Positions 18,357 to 27,200 of a stretch of DNA of 64,000 nt are shown here, in pieces. The DNA is from Vicinamibacterales bacterium. GTDB lineage: Bacteria; Acidobacteriota; Vicinamibacteria; Vicinamibacterales; CAVVIG01. The first letter of the stretch is position 1; the number at the start of each line of letters is the position of its first letter. A program made the translations under genes and the position numbers. The stretch lies in the NCBI GenBank assembly GCA_049679965.1, contig JBAUGX010000220.1, forward strand, positions 33,583 to 97,582. The letters are read 5' to 3'. The notes under the pieces were generated by a model. The model saw only the letters and a program-made list of their open reading frames with translations. It searched no databases and was not told the DNA's origin.

Positions 18357-19123
18357 CCGAAGTGCCCTCGGACGTAGTCGAACGTCAGACGCTCGGCAGG
18401 ATGCTCCGAGAACATGTGCTCGGTGGGGCCCACTTCGATCAGCGTGCCGTCGTTGAGGAACGCGACGCGATCCGCGAGCCGGCGGGCCTGCTGCACCAGG
18501 TTGGTCACGAGCACGACGGTCATCTGCTGCTTGAGCTCGAGGAGCACGTCCTCGATCTTCATGGTCGTGACCGGATCGACGGCGATCGAGAACTCGTCGA
18601 GGCACAGAATCTCCGGCCGGTGCGACAGGGCCCTGGCGATCGTCAGGCGCTGCTGCTGCCCCCCGGAGAGTCGAGTGCCGAGCAGCTGCATGCGGTCCTT
18701 GACCTCGTCCCAGAGCGCCGCGTGCCGGAGACAGGTTTCGACGAGCGCGTCCAAATCGTCCCGGTGGTTGAGACCGGCCATTCGCGGCGCGTACGCCACG
18801 TTGTCGTACACCGACAGCGGGAGGCCGACCGGCAGCGGGAACACCATGCCGATGCGGCGCCGCAGACTGAACACGTTCGCCATCTGGAAGACGTCTTCGC
18901 CGCCGACGAGCACCTCTCCGCTGACCCGCGCGCTCGGCGTGAAGTCGATCGTCCGGTTGATGCACTTGAGCAGGGTCGTCTTGCCGGAATTCGCCGGGCC
19001 GATGATCCCGAAGATCTCGTGGCGCGGCATCTCGAGCGTCACGCTCTTGAGGGCAACTTTCCGGCCGTAGCTCACCGACACGTTTCGAAACTCGATGTGG
19101 GGATTCACGGCGCCGGTTACCAC
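18353..19123 (-). CDS. Second PstB-like ABC ATPase with intact LSGGQ but altered Q-loop, post-Walker-B and H-loop
   Basis: The candidate GTG start at 19123 overlaps the pstA stop (GTGGTAA). Walker A GPANSGKT. MVFPLP is Q to P, LSGGQQQR is intact, LCLDEF replaces LDEP, and VTNLV is H to N. Confidence 0.8.
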   Translation of the reverse strand: MVTGAVNPHIEFRNVSVSYGRKVALKSVTLEMPRHEIFGIIGPANSGKTTLLKCINRTIDFTPSARVSGEVLVGGEDVFQMANVFSLRRRIGMVFPLPVGLPLSVYDNVAYAPRMAGLNHRDDLDALVETCLRHAALWDEVKDRMQLLGTRLSGGQQQRLTIARALSHRPEILCLDEFSIAVDPVTTMKIEDVLLELKQQMTVVLVTNLVQQARRLADRVAFLNDGTLIEVGPTEHMFSEHPAERLTFDYVRGHFG

Positions 19124-20022
19124 CGCTTGCGAGACCGCAGGTACACGCGAAACCCGATCGAGAGCAGGTTGACGCTGATGACGAGCGCGATGAGGACGAC
19201 GGCCGTGCCGTACTGCAGGGCCTCGGACACGCCGGTGACCTGGGTCGAGATGGTGAACAGGTGATACGAGAGGGCCATGCAGCGATCGAAGAGCCCGTAG
19301 GGAAGAAACGCCGCGAGTCCCCGATCCGGCACCGAGACGTAGAACACCGCGCCGGTGAACAGGATCGGGGCCGTTTCGCCAGCCGCCCTGGACACTTGGA
19401 GAATGACGCCGGTCAGGATGCCGCTGATCGCGTTCGGGAGCACAATCGTGCGGATCGTCTGCCAGCGGCTCGCCCCCATGTTCCAACATGCCTCTCGGAA
19501 CGACTGCGGGACCGCCGCCAGGGCCTCCTTGGTGCTCGTGATGATGACCGGCAGCGTCATGACGGCCAGCGTGAGCGAGGCGGCCAGGACGGAGCGGCCG
19601 ATGCCCGCGAACAGCACGAAGGCGCCAACGCCAAACAGCGCGTGGACGATGCTCGGCACGCCGGCGAGGTTGACCACCGCGAGGGTGACCAGCCGCGTCC
19701 ACCAGTTCTCGGCGGCGTACTCGTTGAGGTAGACGCCGGCCAGCACGCCGATGGGGGCGGCGACCGCCAGCGAGATGAAGACGAGGTAGAAGGTGCCGAC
19801 GAGTGGCGCCCAGATCCCGCCCGACGTCATGTACGTCTGGGGGTTCTGGGTGATGAAGGCCCATGACAGCACGGGCCACGCCTTCACGACCAGGGTGGTC
19901 AGGATGGCGATCAAGGGCAGGACGAGCAGCACCGTGACGCCTCCGAGCAGCGACGCGACCAGCCGCTCGACGAGCACCTTGCGACGCTCCACCGCGCCGG
20001 CCGTGAACCGCCCGTTAACCAT
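19117..20022 (-). CDS. pstA: Phosphate ABC transporter permease PstA (system 1)
   Basis: A six-TM permease with the EAA-type loop. ATG 20022 overlaps the pstC end. Confidence 0.85.
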   Translation of the reverse strand: MVNGRFTAGAVERRKVLVERLVASLLGGVTVLLVLPLIAILTTLVVKAWPVLSWAFITQNPQTYMTSGGIWAPLVGTFYLVFISLAVAAPIGVLAGVYLNEYAAENWWTRLVTLAVVNLAGVPSIVHALFGVGAFVLFAGIGRSVLAASLTLAVMTLPVIITSTKEALAAVPQSFREACWNMGASRWQTIRTIVLPNAISGILTGVILQVSRAAGETAPILFTGAVFYVSVPDRGLAAFLPYGLFDRCMALSYHLFTISTQVTGVSEALQYGTAVVLIALVISVNLLSIGFRVYLRSRKRW

Positions 20023-20923
20023 TCTGCTTTCCGCGCACACCCTTGACCACCAGGTCGGCGGTCAAGTTGACGGCAAACGCCATGAGCATCAGCAGCGTGC
20101 CGATGACGAACAGCACGCGGTAGTGATCGCCGCCCTCCACCGATTCTCCGAGCTCGGCGGCGATCGTGGCCGTCAGCGTGCGGACCGGATCGAGCAGGCT
20201 GTGGGGAATCTGGACCGAGTGGCCGGTGGCCATCAGCACCGCCATGGTCTCGCCGACCGACCGTCCGATGCCGAGCAGGGCTGCCGCGAGAAGGCCGTTT
20301 TTGGCCGCCGGCAACAGGACCTTGTAGACCACCTGCCAGCGGCTGGCGCCGAGCGCGAGGGCCGCCTCGCGATACGTGTCCGGCACGGCTTTGAGCGCAT
20401 CCTCGCCGACCGACATGATGATCGGGACGCTCATCAGCGCCAGGATGATGCCGCCGTTGAGGATGTTGATGCCGATCGGCGCGCCCGTGAGCGCGATCAA
20501 GAGAGGGTTGAGCACCATGACGCCAATGAACCCCCAGACGACCGAGGGAATGGCTGCGAGCAGCTCGATAACGATCTTGAGGGTCTCGCGGACGCGCGGA
20601 TGGCAGAACTCGGACACGAAGATTGCCGCGCCGAGGCCGGCCGGCACCGAGAGCAGCATCGCCAGAGCGGTGACCGATGCCGTGCCGGCCAGCAGCGCCA
20701 GGACGCCGTACTGCGCCTGGATCCTGGAATCGGGCCGCCAGTTCACGCTCGTGAAGAACTCCCCCAGGTCGAGCGCGCCGAACAACATCGGGGCGCCCTC
20801 GCGGAAGACGAAGAAGAAGATCGCGAAAACGAAGAAGATCGCGCTCCACCCACAGAGGCGGATGATCACCTCCACCAGCGGCTCCGCGAGACGACTCAGG
20901 CGGGGAGCTATGGCGTGACGCAT
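20015..20923 (-). CDS. pstC: Phosphate ABC transporter permease PstC (system 1)
   Basis: ATG 20923 lies inside ORF 20015-21124. Typical PstC sequence. Confidence 0.85.
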   Translation of the reverse strand: MRHAIAPRLSRLAEPLVEVIIRLCGWSAIFFVFAIFFFVFREGAPMLFGALDLGEFFTSVNWRPDSRIQAQYGVLALLAGTASVTALAMLLSVPAGLGAAIFVSEFCHPRVRETLKIVIELLAAIPSVVWGFIGVMVLNPLLIALTGAPIGINILNGGIILALMSVPIIMSVGEDALKAVPDTYREAALALGASRWQVVYKVLLPAAKNGLLAAALLGIGRSVGETMAVLMATGHSVQIPHSLLDPVRTLTATIAAELGESVEGGDHYRVLFVIGTLLMLMAFAVNLTADLVVKGVRGKQNG

Positions 20924-20942
20924 CGCGGCCAGGGCTCGACGG

Positions 20943-21854
20943 CTACTTGTTGACAGCCGGGGCGGGGACGAACCCGATGTCCTTGAGGACCTGCTGGCCC
21001 GCTTCGCCGAGCGTCCAGTCGATGAATTCCTTGGTCGGCCCGGTAGGCGTGCCGCGCGTGTACAGATACAGCGGCCGAGCGATGGGGTAGGTCTTGTCGA
21101 GTGCGCTCTCCACGGTCGGCGCAAATCCCGGCTCGCCTTTCTTCTTCGAGATCTTCAGCGCGCGCACGCCAGGCATGGCATACGCCATCCCGCTGTAGCC
21201 GATGGCGCACGGCGTCCGGGACACCAGTGCCACGACGTCCTTCGAGCCGCTCTGATCGATCGAGCCGAGCCGGAACTCGCGTGTTGTTCCGAGGACCGCC
21301 TCGCGAAAATAGACGTAGGTGCCGGAGTTGTTCTGGCGGCCGACGCGGATGATCTCGTCGCTGGCACACGCCGTGTTCTCGATGCCGGCCTGCGACCATT
21401 TGACCAGCTGTCCGCCGTCACCGTAGATCTCCGCCAACTCTTCGAGTGAGATCGTCTGAACGGGATTGCCCTCATGGACGTACACGGCCAGTGCGTCCAG
21501 TCCGACCACGAATCCCCTGGGCTCCGCGCCAGCGGTCTTCACGACCCGTGCGATCTCTTCCGCCTCCATCTCCCGGCTGGATGCGGCAATGTCGAGGATC
21601 CCGTCGATGAGGCCGGCGATCCCCACGCCAGATCCTCCGCCTGCGACCTGGATCGAGACGTCCGGCTTCACCTTCCTGTAGTTTTCTGCCCAGGCCTGAT
21701 CCAGGTTGACCATCGTGTCCGAGCCCGTGAGCCGAATCACGACGCTGGTGCTCACGGCCGGTCCGGACGTCGTGGCCGGCGGACTCGAGCATGCGATGCC
21801 GACCAGCGCGCCGCCGACCAGACAGAGAGCGGTGACCGTTCTTACCGTTGACAT
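20943..21854 (-). CDS. pstS: Phosphate-binding lipoprotein PstS (system 1)
   Basis: ATG 21854 is preceded by GGAGAA. Lipobox VGIACS. The motif LTGSDTMVNL...GGGSGVG marks a PstS-family PBP. Confidence 0.85.
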   Translation of the reverse strand: MSTVRTVTALCLVGGALVGIACSSPPATTSGPAVSTSVVIRLTGSDTMVNLDQAWAENYRKVKPDVSIQVAGGGSGVGIAGLIDGILDIAASSREMEAEEIARVVKTAGAEPRGFVVGLDALAVYVHEGNPVQTISLEELAEIYGDGGQLVKWSQAGIENTACASDEIIRVGRQNNSGTYVYFREAVLGTTREFRLGSIDQSGSKDVVALVSRTPCAIGYSGMAYAMPGVRALKISKKKGEPGFAPTVESALDKTYPIARPLYLYTRGTPTGPTKEFIDWTLGEAGQQVLKDIGFVPAPAVNK

Positions 21855-21900
21855 GCGTTCTCCTCGCGGGGAATCAGATGGAATGATCCGGGGCGGGATT

Positions 21901-21919
21901 GTAACAGATTCGTTTACAC
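21901..21919 (-). promoter_or_regulatory. Pho-box-like site between pstS (system 1) and glgC
   Basis: The minus strand reads GTGTAAACGAATCTGTTAC, with half-sites GTGTAA and CTGTTA (12-bp phase here). It lies 46 nt upstream of the pstS ATG and 30 nt upstream of the glgC ATG. Confidence 0.45.
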
Positions 21920-21948
21920 CTCGCCCCGATGTACCATTTTCCTGCCAC

Positions 21949-23229
21949 ATGGCCATTAACAACGAAGTCCTCGCGCTTATCCTCGGCGGCGGCCGGGGCA
22001 CGCGTCTCTTTCCACTGACCCAGCACCGATCGAAGCCAGCGGTGCCGATCGGCGGCAAATACCGGTTGATCGACATCCCGATCTCCAATTGCCTGCACGC
22101 CGACATCCGGCGCATTTTCGTGTTGACGCAGTTCAACTCGGCATCGCTCAACCGGCACATCTCGCAGACCTATCGGCTGGACCTCTTCAGCACCGGCTCG
22201 GTCGAAATCCTGGCCGCCGAACAGACGCCGGACAACCCACACTGGTTCCAGGGCACGGCCGACGCCGTGCGCCAGGCGACCCGGCACTTCGCGCGCCACG
22301 GCGCCGACTACTACCTCATCATGGCTGGCGATCAGCTGTACCGGATGAATTTCAACGACCTGATCGATGCCCACATCGATCGCCGCGCCGACGTGACCGT
22401 CGCGGCGTGCCCGGTCACCGTCCAGGATGCGTCAACCATGGGCATCTTCCGATTCGACCGCACCGGGCACATTGTCGCGTTCGAGGAAAAGCCGTCGCCC
22501 GCGCGGCTCGAGGAGATCGGCCAGAGCATTCCGCCGCACTCGACGCTGGCCGGTCACACACCGGGCAAGCCGTTTGTGGCCTCGATGGGGATCTACGTGT
22601 TTTCCCGCGATGTACTCTTCGACGCACTCGAGCGGGAGAGCTATAAAGATTTCGGCCGTGAAGTGATTCCTGCGGCGCTGGGGCAGTACCGGGTCGAGTC
22701 GCATCTGTTTCGCGGTTATTGGGCGGACGTGGGAACCGTGGCTTCGTTCTACCAGGCCAACATCGGGCTTACCGCGGCGAATGCACCGTTCACGTTCTAC
22801 GATTCGCGCTGCCCCATCTACACGCACGCGCGCTTCCTGCCGGGATCCCGCCTGAGCGACTGCACCGTGCGCAACACGGTCATCGCCGAAGGCTCGTTCC
22901 TCGAGCGCTGCACGATCGAAGATTCCATCGTGGGCATCCGCGCGGCCATCCAGCCCGGCACCTCCGTCCGGCGATCGGTGTTGCTCGGCGCCGATTACTA
23001 CGAACTGGACGACATCGCGCCGGCCCAGGGCGACAGACCGCCGCTCGGCATCGGACGAAACGTCGTCCTGGATGGCGTCATCGTCGACAAGAACGCCCGC
23101 ATTGGCGACGACGTCCGGCTGGTGAACGAGGCTGGCGTCCAGGAGGCCGATGGCGATGGCTACTACATTCGAGACGGCGTCATCATCGTGCCCAAGGACG
23201 GGGTGATACGGGCGGGGACCAGGGTCTAG
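21949..23229 (+). CDS. glgC: Glucose-1-phosphate adenylyltransferase
   Basis: ATG 21949. The N-terminus LILGGGRGTRLFPLTQHRSKPAVPIGGKYRLIDIPISNC is the canonical GlgC sequence. Confidence 0.9.
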   Translation: MAINNEVLALILGGGRGTRLFPLTQHRSKPAVPIGGKYRLIDIPISNCLHADIRRIFVLTQFNSASLNRHISQTYRLDLFSTGSVEILAAEQTPDNPHWFQGTADAVRQATRHFARHGADYYLIMAGDQLYRMNFNDLIDAHIDRRADVTVAACPVTVQDASTMGIFRFDRTGHIVAFEEKPSPARLEEIGQSIPPHSTLAGHTPGKPFVASMGIYVFSRDVLFDALERESYKDFGREVIPAALGQYRVESHLFRGYWADVGTVASFYQANIGLTAANAPFTFYDSRCPIYTHARFLPGSRLSDCTVRNTVIAEGSFLERCTIEDSIVGIRAAIQPGTSVRRSVLLGADYYELDDIAPAQGDRPPLGIGRNVVLDGVIVDKNARIGDDVRLVNEAGVQEADGDGYYIRDGVIIVPKDGVIRAGTRV

Positions 23230-23366
23230 CCCCCAGCCCCAATTTGGCCGCAGCGGCGTGTCACGCCGAGGATCCCTATTTGTAACGCGGTCGTCGCATC
23301 GCAGACACGGTGGCGTCGCGGCGTCCTCCTAGACTGGCTCGGTTCCACTTCAAGGAGGATTGCTGC

Positions 23367-25007
23367 ATGCGTGTACGAACGACAACACTGGCTCTCGCGC
23401 TCGTCGCGGTCGGGGCCTTCCCCGCCGCCGCGCAAGTCACACCCGGCACCGTGCCGGGAACGTTCCAGGGACCGACCAGCTCGCAGACGCCGTTCGTCGT
23501 CCCCGCCGCCGACGGCTGGGAGGTGGTCTCGCTCATCTCGGCAGGCGACCCCGCCAAGAACAACGGCTACCGAATGGTCGGGATTCCCGACGGCCTCGGC
23601 GCCGTGGCCGGCAAGTTCGAGGCGGGCCGATGGGGCCGCTACGTCGCCGACGAGAAGTACATGACGGTGTTCATGAATCACGAGATCCCGGCCGGTGGCG
23701 GCATCGCGCGCGCGCACGGCCAGAATGGTGCCTTCGTGTCGCAGTGGACCATTCAGCTGAACACCCTGCAGGTCAAGGCGGGCGAGGATCTGATTCAGGA
23801 TGTGTACACGTGGGACACCGCCAGCGGGCAGTACGTGTTCAACCCCACGGCGCAGTTCAACCGGTTCTGCTCAGCCGACCTGGCCGAGTTCACGGCGTTC
23901 TACAACCCCAGAACAGGCAAGGGCTTCTACGGCCGTCTCTTCATGAACGGCGAGGAGGCGGGGAACGAGGGCCGGGCGTTCGCCCATGTGATTACTGGCT
24001 CGGGAAAGGGCGACTCCTATCAGCTGGCCTCGCTTGGACGCCTCTCCTATGAAAACAGTGTCGCCAGCCCCAACTCTGGCGACAAGACCCTCGTGGTCAG
24101 CATGGACGACAGCACGCCTGGCCAAGTGTATGTGTACCTCGGCAACAAGCAGAAGACCGGCAATCCGGTCGAGCGTGCGGGTCTCGTCGGCGGGAAGCTC
24201 TTCGGCATCAAGGTGACCAACGGTGGCACGAACTACTCGGGCGCCGCCGTGACCCGCGAGAACAACGGCCCGATCAACGGGGCGTTCTCGCTCGTCGAGG
24301 TCTCCGACGCGGCCACGGGGACGGGCGCAGTGCTGCAGACGACGAGCACGACCAGGGGCATCACGGAATTCGCGCGCCCGGAGGATGGGGCGTGGGACAC
24401 GCTCAACCCGCGCGTTTTCTACTTCGTCATCACCGGTGCCACCATTGACGGCAAGCTGCAGTCGGCGCGCCTCTACAAGCTGACCTTCAACAGCATCACC
24501 AACCCGACCGGGGGCACGATCGAACCCGTGATCGACCGTGCAGACCTGCTGCCTTCAACGACGGGCTTCGCGCAATTCGACAACCTCACAGTCGACAGTG
24601 ACGGCTTCGTCTTGATTCAGGAAGATCCCGGCAATCAGGCGTATCTCGCGCAGACATGGCGAGTCAATCCCGCGACGAAGACCGCCACCGCGATCTTCCA
24701 CTCCGACGCGGCACGGTTTGGGTCGCCGGCGCCGGCCCCCTTCAACCTTGACGAAGAAAGCTCCGGCATCATCGAAGTGACGGACATCGTCAGGTCCGCA
24801 CGCTGGTACGAGCATGGCCGGCGGTATTTTCTGGCCGACATGCAGGCGCACTACGCCATCTCAGGCGAGTTGTTCGAAGGCGGCCAGCTCTACCTCCTCG
24901 CCTCGCCAAAGGCGCCGCGTCGACACTTCGATGACGACGACGACGATCGCGGCCGCGACAACGGTGGGTGGGACAACGACCATCACGGGCACGACGACGA
25001 GGATTAG
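23367..25007 (+). CDS. Secreted beta-propeller protein, DUF839/PhoX-like (putative phosphatase) with an acidic His-rich tail
   Basis: AAGGAGGA precedes ATG 23367. Sec signal ending AAAQ. The motifs YRMVGIPDGLGA, EFARPEDGAWD and FDNLTVDSDGFVLIQEDPG resemble PhoX-family blades. The tail is DDDDDDRGRDNGGWDNDHHGHDDED. Confidence 0.45.
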   Translation: MRVRTTTLALALVAVGAFPAAAQVTPGTVPGTFQGPTSSQTPFVVPAADGWEVVSLISAGDPAKNNGYRMVGIPDGLGAVAGKFEAGRWGRYVADEKYMTVFMNHEIPAGGGIARAHGQNGAFVSQWTIQLNTLQVKAGEDLIQDVYTWDTASGQYVFNPTAQFNRFCSADLAEFTAFYNPRTGKGFYGRLFMNGEEAGNEGRAFAHVITGSGKGDSYQLASLGRLSYENSVASPNSGDKTLVVSMDDSTPGQVYVYLGNKQKTGNPVERAGLVGGKLFGIKVTNGGTNYSGAAVTRENNGPINGAFSLVEVSDAATGTGAVLQTTSTTRGITEFARPEDGAWDTLNPRVFYFVITGATIDGKLQSARLYKLTFNSITNPTGGTIEPVIDRADLLPSTTGFAQFDNLTVDSDGFVLIQEDPGNQAYLAQTWRVNPATKTATAIFHSDAARFGSPAPAPFNLDEESSGIIEVTDIVRSARWYEHGRRYFLADMQAHYAISGELFEGGQLYLLASPKAPRRHFDDDDDDRGRDNGGWDNDHHGHDDED

Positions 25008-25036
25008 GCCAAGACGACGTGGCATAGCATAAGCAC

Positions 25037-25076
25037 GGAGGAAGGGGGCGGCGTCGGCTGCTCTCTTCCTCCTTTT
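25037..25076 (+). terminator. Rho-independent terminator after the PhoX-like gene
   Basis: GGAGGAAGGGGGCGGC / GCTGCTCTCTTCCTCC forms a stem of about 16 bp (three G-U pairs) with loop GTCG, followed by TTTT. Confidence 0.7.
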
Positions 25077-25193
25077 CACGGGTGGCGACGGCCTGTGTAC
25101 TTGCGGCGACGGACATGTTGCGCCCACGTTAAATGTCGCCGGACGGCGCACACACTGAGCGTGGCGAGTGATGTAGGCGAGTAACATGGTGAC

Positions 25194-25850
25194 GTGACGC
25201 TTCCCAGGAAGGCGGCAAGCGAGTTCATCGGGACGGCTCTGCTCCTGGCGGCAGTGGTCGGCTCGGGAATCATGGGCGAGCGACTCGCCGGCGGCAACGT
25301 CGCGGTCGCGCTCCTGGCCAACGCGATCGCAACGGGTGCCGTCCTGATCGCGCTCATCCTGACCTTCGCGCCGATCTCTGGCGCACATTTCAATCCCCTC
25401 GTGACGATCGCGGACGCCAGTCAGGGCGGGGCCTCCTGGCGCGACGTCCTGGCGTACGTGCCGGCACAGGTCTTCGGCGCCGTGGCGGGCGTAGCGTGCG
25501 CCAACACGATGTTCGGTGAGCCGGTGTTTGCCTGGTCCAGTCGCGCGCGCACGGGATTCCCGCAGGCGCTCAGCGAGGCTGTGGCCACCTTCGGCCTACT
25601 TTCGGTGATTGGAGGCTGTGCGAAGCGACGCCCGGACGCCGTAGCTTTCGCGGTCGGCGCGTACATCACCGGGGCGTACTGGTTCACCTCATCGACGTCG
25701 TTTGCCAATCCGGCCGTCACGGTCGCGCGAGCGCTGACGGATACGTTCAGCGGCATTCGCCCAGCCGACGTCCCAATGTTCCTGCTCGCGCAGGTGGTCG
25801 GCGCAACAGCGGCCACGCTCTACTTCCGCTGGCTCTTCTCGAAAGACTGA
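25194..25850 (+). CDS. MIP-family channel (AqpS-like putative arsenite/glycerol channel)
   Basis: GTG start. The NPL (HFNPLVT) and NPA (FANPAVT) boxes are present. Lies immediately upstream of arsC. Confidence 0.75.
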   Translation: MTLPRKAASEFIGTALLLAAVVGSGIMGERLAGGNVAVALLANAIATGAVLIALILTFAPISGAHFNPLVTIADASQGGASWRDVLAYVPAQVFGAVAGVACANTMFGEPVFAWSSRARTGFPQALSEAVATFGLLSVIGGCAKRRPDAVAFAVGAYITGAYWFTSSTSFANPAVTVARALTDTFSGIRPADVPMFLLAQVVGATAATLYFRWLFSKD

Positions 25851-25856
25851 GGTCTC

Positions 25857-26360
25857 ATGGCTCACTACAACGTCCTGTTTCTTTGCACCGGCAACTCGGC
25901 GCGCAGCATCATGGCCGAAGCGCTCCTCAACTACTGGGGGAAGGGCCGGTTCACCGCGTTCAGCGCTGGAAGCCACCCGAAGAAGGAGGTCCATCCGCTT
26001 GCGCTCGACGTGCTGGAGAAGAATCAGCTCCGGATAGACGGTCTCCGAAGCAAGAGCTGGGATGAGTTCGCGACGCCGGGCGCGCCGCCTCTCCACTTCG
26101 TGTTCACCGTCTGCGACCGTGCGGCGGCCGAAGTCTGCCCGATCTGGCCGGGCCAGCCCATGACGGCCCATTGGGGCATCGAAGACCCGGCGGCCTTTGA
26201 AGGATCCGACGAAGACAAACGGCGGGCCTTTAACCGTGCGTTTCGGGAACTCGACGCGCGGATCAAGATCTTCACGAGCCTGCGCCTCGAGGCGCTCGAT
26301 CAGTTGTCCTTGAAGCGTCAACTGGACGAGATTGGCAGACAGCCGCGTGCGAAGGACTAG
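25857..26360 (+). CDS. arsC: Arsenate reductase, LMW-PTP (thioredoxin-coupled) type
   Basis: The P-loop VLFLCTGNSARSIMAE and downstream Cys residues typical of ArsC of the LMW-phosphatase family. Confidence 0.85.
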   Translation: MAHYNVLFLCTGNSARSIMAEALLNYWGKGRFTAFSAGSHPKKEVHPLALDVLEKNQLRIDGLRSKSWDEFATPGAPPLHFVFTVCDRAAAEVCPIWPGQPMTAHWGIEDPAAFEGSDEDKRRAFNRAFRELDARIKIFTSLRLEALDQLSLKRQLDEIGRQPRAKD

Positions 26361-27175
26361 CGGAACACCCTCTCGGCCGTGTTCCAGCGAGTCGCCGGAT
26401 CGACGAGGCGGTAGGCGGGAAAGCGCGAGGACGGCGATCGAAGAAGGGCGGCATCGACGCCTGTCCGCACCTGCTCGGTCGAGAATCGGGTGAACCCGGC
26501 GCCGTCGGCCGTCGTGAAATCGCCTGGGAAGATCTGACTGTCACTCCACCACACGTCTCGGGCGACGGCCTCCTTGCGCATGGTCGTATAACGGTCGAAC
26601 CGAATCCCTCCCACAACGCGCGCCTGTCCAGTGGGCTCGAGTTCGGCGAGCAGATCAGCATCACATCCGAGCATCAACACAGAGGCCCACCCGCGAATCC
26701 CCAGCGCGGCATGCAACCCGCTTTCGTCGTACGTCACGATCACCTGCGAGGGATGATCGATGAGAAACCCCGACACGCGGCGGCGATCCCGGACACTGCG
26801 CTCGAACAGCCACTCGCGGCCCTCGGATGTCGCGACGTGGATGCGATCGGAGGTTCGCGAAATGGTCTGATGAAGAGTCTGAACGGTTCCGTCTGGTGCT
26901 TGACGGCGTACGGTCGCCTCCAGCGTTAGCGGCGCCACCCGGTCCGCGCCGGCCGGGAGAGCTGGGGGTGACGCCGGTGGATTGCTGAGCCCGACCCGGG
27001 CGGCTGCGACCGCCGTGGCGACCGCAGTCAACGCCAGGACGGCGATGGCCCAACTCCAACGCGCTCTCGTCGGCAGTGCCTCCCCGCGCGCCCGTGCCGT
27101 GCCTGGATCCACGCGATCGACGATAGCGGGCACCCATGACGTGCACATCACGGGCGCGTAAACGTTGTGCAACAA
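26357..27175 (-). CDS. Hypothetical membrane-anchored protein
   Basis: A single N-terminal hydrophobic helix (WAIAVLALTAVATAVAAA) and no recognised domain. Start uncertain. Confidence 0.4.
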   Translation of the reverse strand: MLHNVYAPVMCTSWVPAIVDRVDPGTARARGEALPTRARWSWAIAVLALTAVATAVAAARVGLSNPPASPPALPAGADRVAPLTLEATVRRQAPDGTVQTLHQTISRTSDRIHVATSEGREWLFERSVRDRRRVSGFLIDHPSQVIVTYDESGLHAALGIRGWASVLMLGCDADLLAELEPTGQARVVGGIRFDRYTTMRKEAVARDVWWSDSQIFPGDFTTADGAGFTRFSTEQVRTGVDAALLRSPSSRFPAYRLVDPATRWNTAERVFR

Positions 27176-27185
27176 AACGCCGGGC

Positions 27186-27191
27186 TATAAT
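27186..27191 (+). promoter_or_regulatory. Candidate -10 box TATAAT 9 nt upstream of the FAH-family ATG (leaderless-type)
   Basis: The context is GCTATAATGCCCACCCGATG, with no room for an SD. Confidence 0.4.
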
Positions 27192-27200
27192 GCCCACCCG

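Noticed and set aside
21901-21919. The TGTAAC ... GTTTACA-type sites considered as BirA (biotin repressor) operators
   Set aside because: The BirA-type signal is an inverted repeat with a spacer of about 14-16 bp and is expected upstream of bio genes. These sites are mostly direct repeats with an 11-bp phase, lie next to pst/ppk genes, and none precedes bioB.
23281-23286. A single TGTAAC half-site upstream of the PhoX-like gene, considered as a Pho box
   Set aside because: No second half-site lies at +/-11 bp (GGATCC and CGTCGC are found instead). It was not counted among the motif instances.
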